DNA of 63,972 bases, filler included, from an uncultured bacterium (GTDB lineage Bacteria; Latescibacterota; UBA2968): NCBI GenBank assembly GCA_964471275.1. It is 4 parts of 4 records of this genome, joined end to end, with 100 filler letters (N's around TTAATTAATTAA, not from the genome) between each part and the next. Parts side by side here need not be neighbours in the genome. Positions count along the whole stretch, not along the records: positions 18,148 to 36,130 come from CAYYGZ010000074.1; positions 36,231 to 54,099 come from CAYYGZ010000075.1; 2 more parts are not named here. The stretch is one strand, 5' to 3'. Positions 27,754-37,893 of the stretch are shown piece after piece; position 1 is the stretch's first letter, and every line of letters starts with the position of its first letter. A program made the translations under genes and the position numbers. The notes under the pieces were generated by a model. The model had not been told where the DNA came from and did not search any database. It worked only from the letters and a program-made list of their open reading frames with translations.

Positions 27754-28941
27754 GTGGATCTGACGATCCCTACCAGAGCCTACGTCACGCATCCGCTGTG
27801 CATCCCTTCGCGGGCCAGCTTCATGACCGGGAAGATGCCATCACAGTGTCGAGATGATGTGCAGACACATCGCTCTCTCGGTGCGCATATGAAGAGCGCA
27901 GGCTACGATACGGGATACTTCGGCAAGTGGCATATACGGCCGACGAGGGAAACGTCAAACAATCACGATTGGCACGGATTCGATACGATCGATACAAAGG
28001 GCCTCGGCCCTGCAAAGACGGCGAACAGCGTCGATTTTCTGGAAAAGAAGCGCGATCGACCGTTCTTCATGATTACGTCCTACATGAATCCGCACGATAT
28101 CTGCGAATGGGCCAGGATCCACAGTGGGCGAGATGACGTGATGGAGAACGGGGACATCGGTCCGGCTCCCGACCCTGCTGAATATCCGGCCCTGCCAACC
28201 AATTTCGAACCTCCGGATACCGAGCCCGAGGTTGTGAGGGAGCGGTTGGTCAGCAATGAACGAGCACGGACATTCGCTCACCCGACAAGTAGCTGGGAGG
28301 AGGAGGACTGGCGTCAATATCGCTGGGCATACTGTCGTCTGGTCGAACTCGTCGACAGCCATATTGGTAAGCTGCTCGACGCGCTCGAGGCAACGGGCCA
28401 GCTCGAAGACACGCTGATCCTGTATTCCTCCGACCACGGCGACGGCAACGGTGCGCATCGATGGAATCAGAAGGTCGTTCTGTATGAAGAGGCTGTCCAC
28501 GTCCCCTTTATTGTCAGCTGGAAAGGACACACACAGGCTGGCGTAGTCGATGAGGGACTCGTCTCGATGAACCTCGATCTGCTTCCGACGTGCTGCGACT
28601 TTGCGGGCGTTTCCACGCAAGATGATCTCCAGGGGCGAAGCCTGCGAGACCAGGTGATGGGTCTGTCGGTGTCAGGTAGAGGTCATCCCTATGTCGTTTC
28701 GGAAACAAAGCTGTTCGGCAATGTCAGTGGGAGGATGCTGACTTCGGGACGCCACAAGTACATCATCTATTCCAGCGGGAAGAATCCGGAACATCTGTTT
28801 GACTTGGAAAGCGATCCGGGAGAGATGATCAATCTCGCGCAGAGCCCTGCCCACCGGGCCACATTGACAAGACATCGTTCGCTCCTGGCGGAATGGACAC
28901 GTTCCATAGGCGATCCATTCTCTCTGGACCACGTGAACTGA
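27754..28941 (+). CDS. Sulfatase (choline-sulfatase-like), apparently N-terminally truncated
   Basis: CIPSRASFMTG, GKWH, NPHD, SDHGD, LFDLESDPGE; lacks the usual N-terminal PNIL..DD/DQ metal-binding segment. Confidence 0.8.
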   Translation: MDLTIPTRAYVTHPLCIPSRASFMTGKMPSQCRDDVQTHRSLGAHMKSAGYDTGYFGKWHIRPTRETSNNHDWHGFDTIDTKGLGPAKTANSVDFLEKKRDRPFFMITSYMNPHDICEWARIHSGRDDVMENGDIGPAPDPAEYPALPTNFEPPDTEPEVVRERLVSNERARTFAHPTSSWEEEDWRQYRWAYCRLVELVDSHIGKLLDALEATGQLEDTLILYSSDHGDGNGAHRWNQKVVLYEEAVHVPFIVSWKGHTQAGVVDEGLVSMNLDLLPTCCDFAGVSTQDDLQGRSLRDQVMGLSVSGRGHPYVVSETKLFGNVSGRMLTSGRHKYIIYSSGKNPEHLFDLESDPGEMINLAQSPAHRATLTRHRSLLAEWTRSIGDPFSLDHVN

Positions 28942-29073
28942 GCATACAGCCAGATAGCTTGCAGGACAGGTTTATTCGTCAGCCGATCCGGGCAGCGTCC
29001 CTGTGAGAGTACACGGACACTGGGGGGGAGAGGATGCCCGTAGAGTAGAGTTGAGGCATAGACCCTATCAGGA

Positions 29074-31785
29074 ATGGATGAACCATTGACCGTACCAACG
29101 ACGAAGGCAGCACTTGGCCAGCTGGGTCTGCCGGATCACAAGCATATCACGGAGCTGGATCCCGCTGAGATGGCGGCCTTCCGGAAGCTGATTGGCTGGG
29201 AACCGGGAGGCCCGGTCGTCGCCTATCCGTCGAACGAGGAGCAGTCGACACGCGCAGATCGAGAGCGCTGGAAATCGGAACGAGCCGGTAAAGGAGCGAC
29301 GGCGCCGTGTCTGTGGATGGACGCAGATCAGATCACCTGCTTCAAACAGAACCTCGAAACAGATGCCGACACACGGCGATGGTGGGCGGATGTTCTGCGA
29401 AATGCTGAAGCGCTCGTAGAACTGCCGCTTATTAGGATCGGTGAACTCGTCCCCGATCAGGGTCCCTGGACCTTCGCAGGATCATTCTGCCCGAACTGTG
29501 TGGGTGAGAAGAGCCCGGTCACCCAACACGCCGGGTTCTGGAACTGGAGCGCACTCGATCCCGACAAGCTGACCTGCCCCTACTGCCACATCTCCTACCC
29601 ACACCCGGACTATCCCGAAACAGGTTGCCTGAGCCTGCCTCGTCTCGGTCTGACATACAGCTTCCACATCACATCACGTGAGCGGCAAAGCGGCGATTGG
29701 CGAGACGGTGCAGCTGCCAGCAATTTTGCCGGCATACCGACACACGTCTCGTTCCTCGGTGAGATCCGAACGATAAAGCTTGCGTGGTGCGTGGGGCAGA
29801 TCGAGCCGCTGAGCGTGGTGTATGCCGTCACCGGGGACACCCGATATGCCGACATCGTAGGCACGATTCTCTCACGACTGGCAGACGTATACGCACGATA
29901 CCCCGTGTTCTCCTACGGACAGGAGTACGTTGACGCGGAACCGGCATACGCGATCGAGCACGTGGGCGAGATGCCAACGCCATTCCGTCGCGCCGCCAGT
30001 TTGGGAACGTATACAGGGACGTACGGCGGACAGATGGGTAACCGCGGAATGGATCGGACAACACCGGCTACGTCGTATTACACGAATGCCGAATGGGGAT
30101 CAAGTCGACTCGGAAGAGAGAAAGCCTCAAACGGTCAGCTCTTCCTCAGCCTCTTCAAGGGATACGATTTGGTCAAACAGACGATCTCGGCGCGCGAGCG
30201 TCTACGAATCGAGCGCGATTTCATGCTCGAACTGTATCTGGATACCCGGGGCCTCTCCACGCGGGTGAACAACAAGTCCGGTCCCGGAGCTGCCTCCCGC
30301 GTCGCCGTCGGCATCTTCTACGATGACCGGGAAGCACTGGACGAGGGTCTCGCACAGTTTCACGAAATCCTGAAGAACCAGTTCTACGAAGATGGCTCTT
30401 GGAAGGAAACACCCATCTACGGCGCAAAATCGATGAACGAGGGGATGTCGGAGATACCCGAGATGTTGAGAGGGCGCACGGACCTGTATACTGATTCGCT
30501 ATACCGTCAGGCCTTCGAATCCTATGCCGAACTCGCGACACCGCTGGATACACAACCGGCAATCGGCGACAGCACCGCAGACTTCAGACTTCAGCCGATC
30601 CTAGTTGACATCGCCCGGATCCGGCTGGGTCTGCCGATGTCATACGGCCCCGCCTCGATGGCAGGCTTCGGCGTCCGGTCACCTTTCGAGATCGGTGCCA
30701 ACAGTGGATACACACCCTCCCTCAACGGAATCCCGTCAGAAGGCAGTCGTCTCGGCATCGACGGACCGATCGGCTTTGGCACAGTTGGACACATCCCTCG
30801 ATCGGTGTCACAGCCGTCCTGGATCAGCATGTTCAACGAGAGAAGGCCAAGCGAGACAGCCCCAAACCGACCCGCAGTGAACAGATACTACCACGAGCGC
30901 AACCTGGCCTGTCTCGGATTCGGGGAGGGCGATCAGGCGGCACAGCTCTACTGCGATGGAGGCGATGGCAGAGGGCAGCATCGCCACCACGCCCCACTTT
31001 CGATGCTCCTCTTCGCCGGTGGTCGCGAGGTGTTTCCGGACCAGGGATACATCGGCGATCATCCGGCTAACGCCTGGATCAAGTCTACCCCGTCGCACAA
31101 TACGGTCATCATAGACGAAAAGCCTGCCGGTGCCCCGACCCGTACTGAACTCAAGGGGTTCAATGGCACGGGGCCAGTTCGGTTCGTCGATCTCGAAACC
31201 GATGTGCCGGGACCAGAAGGCGTGCCCTTCTCGACACTTCGCCGGGTGTTGGCTGTCCTGGAGAGACCTGACGGCCTTCCTGTACTTGTCGATGTGCTGG
31301 ACGTCGTTGGCGGATCCACCCACGACTACGTTGTTCGCGTGAACGACCCCGAGGATCGGTTCGAGATCGGAGACTTCAAGCTATCCGATCGCCAATCGCT
31401 CTTCCCTGGCGTGGCACAACCAGGTCCTCATAGATTCCGGACAGTCGGACAAATCAGGGATCCGTTCATCGTCCGCTGGGGAAGATCCCAGAACGTCTGG
31501 GCACACGTCCTCTCGGCGCCAGACGAATGCATCACCTTCAGATCACCAGCTTGGCGGGATCGTAAAGAGGCGTTTGCGGAACCCGACCGAAGTTGGGATG
31601 CGTTGGTACTCAGAAAGAACGGCGGACAAAATCGATTTATAGTGGTCTATGATGTGGGGGGCCGGGATGGTTGGATTCAGACCGCCCAGTTGACCGATCG
31701 AGTGAGCAATCTCGAGATTCAGCTCCAGACGCAGGATGAAGGAATCATCCTGGACATCGGCGAAGGCACGATAGCCCTGAGATAG
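29074..31785 (+). CDS. Heparinase II/III-like (polysaccharide lyase-like) protein
   Basis: DGSWKETPIY, PAIGDS, HRHHAPLSMLLF, DQGY, SHNTVIIDE; CPNC/CPYC pair in the N-terminal half. Confidence 0.75.
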   Translation: MDEPLTVPTTKAALGQLGLPDHKHITELDPAEMAAFRKLIGWEPGGPVVAYPSNEEQSTRADRERWKSERAGKGATAPCLWMDADQITCFKQNLETDADTRRWWADVLRNAEALVELPLIRIGELVPDQGPWTFAGSFCPNCVGEKSPVTQHAGFWNWSALDPDKLTCPYCHISYPHPDYPETGCLSLPRLGLTYSFHITSRERQSGDWRDGAAASNFAGIPTHVSFLGEIRTIKLAWCVGQIEPLSVVYAVTGDTRYADIVGTILSRLADVYARYPVFSYGQEYVDAEPAYAIEHVGEMPTPFRRAASLGTYTGTYGGQMGNRGMDRTTPATSYYTNAEWGSSRLGREKASNGQLFLSLFKGYDLVKQTISARERLRIERDFMLELYLDTRGLSTRVNNKSGPGAASRVAVGIFYDDREALDEGLAQFHEILKNQFYEDGSWKETPIYGAKSMNEGMSEIPEMLRGRTDLYTDSLYRQAFESYAELATPLDTQPAIGDSTADFRLQPILVDIARIRLGLPMSYGPASMAGFGVRSPFEIGANSGYTPSLNGIPSEGSRLGIDGPIGFGTVGHIPRSVSQPSWISMFNERRPSETAPNRPAVNRYYHERNLACLGFGEGDQAAQLYCDGGDGRGQHRHHAPLSMLLFAGGREVFPDQGYIGDHPANAWIKSTPSHNTVIIDEKPAGAPTRTELKGFNGTGPVRFVDLETDVPGPEGVPFSTLRRVLAVLERPDGLPVLVDVLDVVGGSTHDYVVRVNDPEDRFEIGDFKLSDRQSLFPGVAQPGPHRFRTVGQIRDPFIVRWGRSQNVWAHVLSAPDECITFRSPAWRDRKEAFAEPDRSWDALVLRKNGGQNRFIVVYDVGGRDGWIQTAQLTDRVSNLEIQLQTQDEGIILDIGEGTIALR

Positions 31786-31974
31786 GTCAGCTGATCGTGT
31801 CAGTCCGATAACAAGCCCTATTCGCTCCGTACGACTCCCACGATCAGAGATCTCCGGCGAAACCGTAGAGCAACAGCAATGTTACCATGGATTGACATCA
31901 GGTGACCCGAGATGCGATATTGGCGCCTACCAGAAGGTTTACACGCAACCGAGAAATGACCAGAGGCAGCAAGG

Positions 31975-32316
31975 GCAAGAATTGTGGTAATGGACGATAA
32001 ACCGGCAGCGCGCACCGCCATCGGAAGAATCCTCGACAGAGAAGGTCACGAGGTCTTACTCTACGAAGATGCCGCACCCGCTCTGGCGAACGTCGACTAC
32101 TCGACCATCGATCTGCAGATACCCACATCAGGCTACGATGCGATCGGCGAGATCAGATAGAGATACGAAGCCCTACCCATACTGGTCGTCAGTGCTCACA
32201 TAGATCTGGTTCTTACACCTCACGTCCTAGGTCTGCAAGAGATCGTTCGCAAACCCTTCGAAGTTTCCGAGATATGTGATGCCGTCAACAAGCTGCCGCA
32301 GCGTAGATGTCCTTAA
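31975..32316 (+). pseudogene. Decayed single-domain response regulator (CheY-like receiver)
   Basis: ARIVVMDD...IDLQIP..G..*..PILVVSAH...IVRKPFEV; in-frame TAG at 32158-32160 and no start codon. Confidence 0.8.
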
Positions 32317-32386
32317 CCTGACTTCGTAAAATCCCCCTGCCTGACATATTGCCAGCTTACAACCAGATACCACTCGTGGAACAAAC

Positions 32387-33544
32387 ATGGAAGACCTGAG
32401 AGTCGGCGTCATCGGCGCGGGCGGACGCGGAGGTGTCGCGAGGCACGCCCACAGCCCCGGGAAAGGCTCGAGAATCGTAGCGTGTTGCGATGTCGTCGAG
32501 GACGCCCTTGAGCGAGGGCGCAAACGCTACGGAACCGGTATTTTCATAACGAAAAACTACCAGGAACTGCTGGCGCAAGATCTCGATGCCGTCTTCGTCA
32601 CGACTCCTGACTACCTGCATGAGGAGCACGCCCTCGCCGTTCTCGAGTCCGGTGCTGCGGTCTACCTCGAGAAACCGATGGCCATAACCATCGAAGGCTG
32701 TGATGGTATTCTGACGCTCGCACGTGACCGGGCGCTCCGTCTCTACCTGGGACACAACATGCGCCACATGGCCTTTGTCCTCAAGATGAAGGAACTGATC
32801 GACGGAGGCACGATCGGTGAGATCAAGACCGCCTGGTGTCGCCACTTCGTCGGGCACGGCGGCGACTTCTACTTCAAGGACTGGCACGCGGATCGACGGC
32901 TCAGCACAGGGCTGCTGCTGCAGAAGGCTGCCCACGACATCGACGTCCTTCACTGGCTGTGTGGCGCATATACCGAGCGAGTCAACGCAATCGGGACACT
33001 GGGTGTCTACGGAGAAATCACCGACCATCACGATGAGTCCGAGAAAGGGAACGCCAGCATCGACTACGACCATTGGCCGCCACTCAGCCAGAAGCAGCTC
33101 AATCCGGTCGTCGATGTCGAGGACATCAGTATGATTCAGATGACCATGCAAAACGGCGTCCTGGCCAGCTACCAGCAGTGCCACTTCACACCGGACTACT
33201 GGCGCAATTACACGATCATTGGGACAGAAGGCCGCATCGAGAACTTCGGAAACGGGGAAAACGGGACACACATCAAGCTGTGGAACAGCAGGAGTAACTG
33301 GAAACCAGAGGGTGACCAGATCATCGAAATCGATAAGGAAACGGGCAGCCACGGCGGCGCCGATCCAAAGATCGTGGCAGAATTCGTGCGTTTCGTCCGC
33401 GAGGGTGGACCGATCAACACATCGCCCGTTGCTGCACGATACAGCGTCGCAACCGGCTGCCAGGCCACCGAATCTCTCCGCAACGGAGGCATCCCGATGG
33501 ATGTACCCCAGCTTGATGCCGGCATCGCCAGCTACTTCGACTGA
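32387..33544 (+). CDS. Gfo/Idh/MocA family oxidoreductase
   Basis: VGVIGAGGRG, VTTPDYLH, LEKPMA, HDID. Confidence 0.92.
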   Translation: MEDLRVGVIGAGGRGGVARHAHSPGKGSRIVACCDVVEDALERGRKRYGTGIFITKNYQELLAQDLDAVFVTTPDYLHEEHALAVLESGAAVYLEKPMAITIEGCDGILTLARDRALRLYLGHNMRHMAFVLKMKELIDGGTIGEIKTAWCRHFVGHGGDFYFKDWHADRRLSTGLLLQKAAHDIDVLHWLCGAYTERVNAIGTLGVYGEITDHHDESEKGNASIDYDHWPPLSQKQLNPVVDVEDISMIQMTMQNGVLASYQQCHFTPDYWRNYTIIGTEGRIENFGNGENGTHIKLWNSRSNWKPEGDQIIEIDKETGSHGGADPKIVAEFVRFVREGGPINTSPVAARYSVATGCQATESLRNGGIPMDVPQLDAGIASYFD

Positions 33545-33561
33545 CACCCCGGAGACCCCCC

Positions 33562-35052
33562 GTGCCTGAACTCAGCCGCCGGTCGTTTCTCAAATCCGCT
33601 TCCCTCGCAGGTGCATCAGCTTTGATCAATCCTTCCGCTGTGCTCGCGAATAAGAAACCGCCCAATATCATGATGATCACGGTTGACGACCTCAACTATG
33701 ACGCCATCTCGTGGCTGGGCGGCCAGGTTCCCGGGTTGACACCGAACATCGATCGCCTGAAGGTGCAGGGCCTGCACTTCACGCAGGCCTACAACACGCA
33801 TTCGCGGTGTGCACCATCGCGCGGTTCCATGATGACCGGTCTTTACCAGGATCGATACGCCGACCGCCCCGGCACGGCAAGCACCACGCTCAAAGACGGG
33901 CTCACGCCGCTTCCCGCGCTACTCAAACAGACGTCCGGATATCGCACAGGCGTACTCGGCAAGGAGACGCACTACAAACCTGCAGACCGCTACGACTGGG
34001 ACGTCGTCCATCCGATGGCTGACGTGGGAGTCGGCCGTCACCCTGGATTGTATCATCAGGCTGCCGATGAGTTCGTCAAGAAAGCCAAGAGCGATGGTGT
34101 ACCCTTCTTCCTATCCGCCAACACACACGACCCACACCGCCCTTTCGCAGGGGCCGCGGGGGAACGAAAATCGCTGAAGAGGCGGTTCGACAAGGAAACC
34201 AAACACCGAACAGACAATCCCACCTTTCACCTGCCGCCTGAGATTGATCAGTTTAAGCCCGAGGATGTGACCGTTCCCGGTTTCTTGCCTGATCTTCCCG
34301 ACATTCGCGAGGAAATCTCCTGGTATCTCAACTCGGCCTACCGGTGCGATCTGTTCGTCGGTCGCATGCTTCAGGTTCTCGACGACCACGATCTGGCTGA
34401 CAACACGCTCGTTGTCTTCCTGTCTGACAACGGCATACATTTCCCCTTCGCTAAATCGAACTGCTATATGACGAGCGTTCGCACCCCTTTGATTCTCCGT
34501 TGGCCCGACAAAATCAACCCGGACAGTGTCTCGGACAGTATCGTCTCAACTGTCGATCTCATGCCCACGATACTCGACGCCGCAGGGCGCCCCGATTCTC
34601 ACAGAATGGATGGCCACGCACTCACCGGTCTCTACCAGGACCAGGAACTCGAGCTCCGCGATGCTGCATTCGTTTCAATCAACGCGAAGGGGAAGTCACG
34701 CTTCGAGATGCGCTCATTGATCGGGAAGCGTTACAGCTATGTTTACAACCACTTTTCCGATGGAAAGAACCAGTTTAACGATGGGAACTACCCGGGTGAA
34801 CGGAGCCTGAAGGCAATGGAGCGGGCAGCCAGAACAGACCCGGAGATCAAAGCGCGTCTGGACTTTATGTATTGCCGAACAAGAGAGGAGGTCTACGACC
34901 TCGAAAAGGATCCACACGCCCTCCACAACCTGATCGACTCACCCGCTGTTCAGAGTGACCTCGCCCATCTGCGCTCACAGATGTCAGCTGTTCTTACACA
35001 GAACGACGATCCGTTTGCGGGCGCCTACAAGGGCTTTCTATCTCAGATGTAG
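33562..35052 (+). CDS. Tat-exported sulfatase (sulfamidase-like)
   Basis: SRRSFLK Tat motif, PNIMMITVDD, CAPSRGSMMTG, DPHRPF, SDNG. Confidence 0.9.
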   Translation: MPELSRRSFLKSASLAGASALINPSAVLANKKPPNIMMITVDDLNYDAISWLGGQVPGLTPNIDRLKVQGLHFTQAYNTHSRCAPSRGSMMTGLYQDRYADRPGTASTTLKDGLTPLPALLKQTSGYRTGVLGKETHYKPADRYDWDVVHPMADVGVGRHPGLYHQAADEFVKKAKSDGVPFFLSANTHDPHRPFAGAAGERKSLKRRFDKETKHRTDNPTFHLPPEIDQFKPEDVTVPGFLPDLPDIREEISWYLNSAYRCDLFVGRMLQVLDDHDLADNTLVVFLSDNGIHFPFAKSNCYMTSVRTPLILRWPDKINPDSVSDSIVSTVDLMPTILDAAGRPDSHRMDGHALTGLYQDQELELRDAAFVSINAKGKSRFEMRSLIGKRYSYVYNHFSDGKNQFNDGNYPGERSLKAMERAARTDPEIKARLDFMYCRTREEVYDLEKDPHALHNLIDSPAVQSDLAHLRSQMSAVLTQNDDPFAGAYKGFLSQM

Positions 35053-35153
35053 ATGCGAGAGCTGGCACTCGCCTGCCGCTGTCGACTGAAACCAATGCAT
35101 CAACGGTCTGTTCAACGGTCCGACACCCCTTACCAACGTCCAGGAGCAACCCT

Positions 35154-35627
35154 ATGATCTCAAGACTCTCCGACCAGAAAGCCAACATCCGAGACTCACC
35201 CACCGGCAAATTCAGCATCACCCGCCGGAATCTTTTCTCGGTTCCGGGGACAGGCGCCCCCTTCGACATGGACCACGTCACGCTTCCGCCAGGAAAGCGG
35301 AACTTCCCCCACCATTCTCACGCCGCACTTTGGGAAATGTATTACATCGTCTCGGGAAGGGCCCTCTTACGAATAGATGATGAGTCGACGACCGTGCGTG
35401 AGGGAGACAGCCTCATGTGTCCACCGGGTATGGCCCACCAGATCATCAACGAGTCTGACGAAGACGTCGTCTATCTGGTCATATCGGATGACCCGGTCTT
35501 CGATTCGTGCTTCTACCCAGACAGCGGGAAGATGATGGTGTCCAAGAAGGTCTGGGAGGGCCAACCGGATGAGGATCGCGTATTCTGGACCAGGACGGAC
35601 GAGACGTATTACACGGGCGAAGAATAG
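35154..35627 (+). CDS. Cupin domain protein
   Basis: PHHSHAALWEMYYIVSG, GDSLMCPPGMAHQIIN, YPDSGK. Confidence 0.9.
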   Translation: MISRLSDQKANIRDSPTGKFSITRRNLFSVPGTGAPFDMDHVTLPPGKRNFPHHSHAALWEMYYIVSGRALLRIDDESTTVREGDSLMCPPGMAHQIINESDEDVVYLVISDDPVFDSCFYPDSGKMMVSKKVWEGQPDEDRVFWTRTDETYYTGEE

Positions 35628-35892
35628 AATCGCGAGCGGTCCCGTTAAGGGTCCGATAGGCTACAGGAGGAGTGCTAACGGTCTTCCCGTCCGAGCCAAT
35701 CCGCGACAGCTGAAACGGATGGACCACCTGCGGGTATAAGGCTCGAGTCAGAAACGGGTTTCCCGGATGGTATGACAACAGGTCTCCTACCTTTCGATGC
35801 TCCCCTTCCAGACAGCTAATTGCATAAACTTTCGTTTATGGGTATCATCGAGGAGAGTAAGTAACTCCTAACGTGGTGTGGAGGATACGGGC

Positions 35893-36130
35893 ATGGATAT
35901 TCAGAAACAAACACGGCGACAGTTCTTCAAGACCGTAGGCGCAGGTGCAGCCGGTCTCTCGCTCCTGGGTCACCTACCGGGCGAGCTGGTGGCAAGTTCA
36001 GTCAAGAACGGCATGGGATACCGAACACTCGGACGAACGGGCCTCGAGATCTCCGAGGTCATCCTGGGAGCCGCACCGATCACCCCCGCCAGACAGAACA
36101 TCGTACGTGCCGCCATAGCACAGGGCATCA
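35893..36130 (+). CDS. Tat-exported aldo/keto reductase-like protein, cut by contig end
   Basis: TRRQFFK, MGYRTLGRTGLEISEVILG, AIAQGI. Confidence 0.8.
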
Positions 36131-36230
36131 NNNNNNNNNNNNNNNNNNNNNNNNNNNNNNNNNNNNNNNNNNNNTTAATTAATTAANNNNNNNNNNNNNN
36201 NNNNNNNNNNNNNNNNNNNNNNNNNNNNNN
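36131..36230. other. Artificial contig linker
   Basis: N run with TTAATTAATTAA. Confidence 0.97.
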
Positions 36231-37815
36231 GAATGGCAAAGAGGAAGTGGTCTATTATGATGAGAAGATGCGACCTGCCCTCGAGGAGACGTATGGGATC
36301 ATCACCTATCAGGAGCAGGTGCAGCGTCTATGTCGGGATCTCGCAGGTTTCACATTGGGGAAGGCGGATGGTATCCGCAAGGCCATGGGCAAGAAGCTTG
36401 CCGATGTGATGGAGCAATACAAGGTTGAGTTCCTGGACGGATGTGTCGCCAATGAAGTCGCTCGATCTGCGGGTGAGAAGATCTGGGCGGACATAGAAGT
36501 GTTCTCCGGCTACGGGTTCAACAAGGCCCACAGTTCCGGATATTCGATGGTTGCGTATCAGTGTGCTTATCTCAAGGCCCATTGCCCTGCGGAGTTTATG
36601 GCGGCTAACCTCAACAGCGAGATCGGTGATATAGAGCGACTGGTCGTGCTGATCGACGAGTGCCGGAAGATGGAGATCGAGGTGCTTGGGCCGGACGTCA
36701 ACGAGAGCGGAGTCCGCTTCCGGGCGATGCAGGGCGAAGCAGACACTGCGATCGGCGCTGTTCGAATGGGAATGACGGCAGTCCGAAACGTCGGGCAGGG
36801 CGCGGTCGAAGGGATTGTAGCTGCCCGAGAGATTGATGGACCGTTCGAGTCACTGTTCGATCTGTGTGAGCGAGTCGATTTACGAGTCGTAAACCGTCGC
36901 GCACTCGAAGCGCTCGTCTGTGCCGGTGCGATGGATTGTCTCGAGGGAAATCGAGCACAGATACTGGCTGTACTTGATCGTGCGTTGGAGATGGCACAGA
37001 GCGCACAGCAAGATAAGATCAAAGGGCAGTTCTCCCTTTTCGGAGGGGAGGGCATGGAGGCTCAGGCGGCTATTGTGAGCAACACGGACCTGCCAGATCT
37101 CGATCCGTGGGCCGAGAAGGAATTGCTGGCCAGGGAAAAGGAGGTGCTCGGCTTCTATATGTCGGGTCATCCGCTTGATCGGTTCCGCGAAGATCTCGCC
37201 AATATCGGAATCCGTGCGAGCTCTGATCTGGAGGGTTTGCCAGATGGCGCCGAAGTCAAACTGGGAGGGATGATCAACGAGGTGAAGCTGCACACGGATC
37301 GGAATGGGCGACAGATGGCTTTTGGGTCGGTCGAGGATATGCGGGGAAGCTGCGAACTGGTCGTGTTCCCGGATGCCTTCGAGCGTGTGAAGGACGAGTT
37401 GGCCGTGGATGCGCTGGTGATGCTTCACGGCAGGCTGTCCGATCGCGACGGTCGGATTTCTGTTCAGGTCGAGCAGCTGAAGCCGTTGGATGAAGCACGC
37501 GTAGAGATGGCCGATGCGGTGAACGTACTGCTCGCAGGGACGAACCTGATGGAAGATCGACTGACATCGCTGAAGAACATCGCGGATCGCCACTCCGGTG
37601 GATGCAGTCTGTTCATCAACGTAGAGATCGACGACGGGAATCGTGCCGTCATCCGTGCAGGTGATCTGAAAGTGTCTCCCACCGAGGACTTTATCAACGA
37701 GGTTAGCGACGTTACGGGAGCGCGGACGTGGATCTCGTCCGATACCACTCGGCGCCGAGCGCCTTTGCTGCCTCCGGATCCAAGGCGACGGTTTGCCGCC
37801 GCCGCAGCGAACTAG
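36231..37815 (+). CDS. dnaE: DNA polymerase III alpha subunit, C-terminal part
   Basis: ETYGIITYQEQV, RKAMGKK, FSGYGFNKAHS, GPDVNES, EKEVLGFYMSGHPL, OB fold. Confidence 0.96.
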
Positions 37816-37893
37816 ACCCGTCCACGCATCAGAACCAGAAGAGCCTAGTCGTTCGGAATGACGGCGGGGCTCTCCTTCTTGCTGGGAACGAGG

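Noticed and set aside
32357..33547. Long antisense ORFs (this 396-aa one and similar ones opposite other genes)
   Set aside because: Shadow frames of well-supported genes in GC-rich DNA
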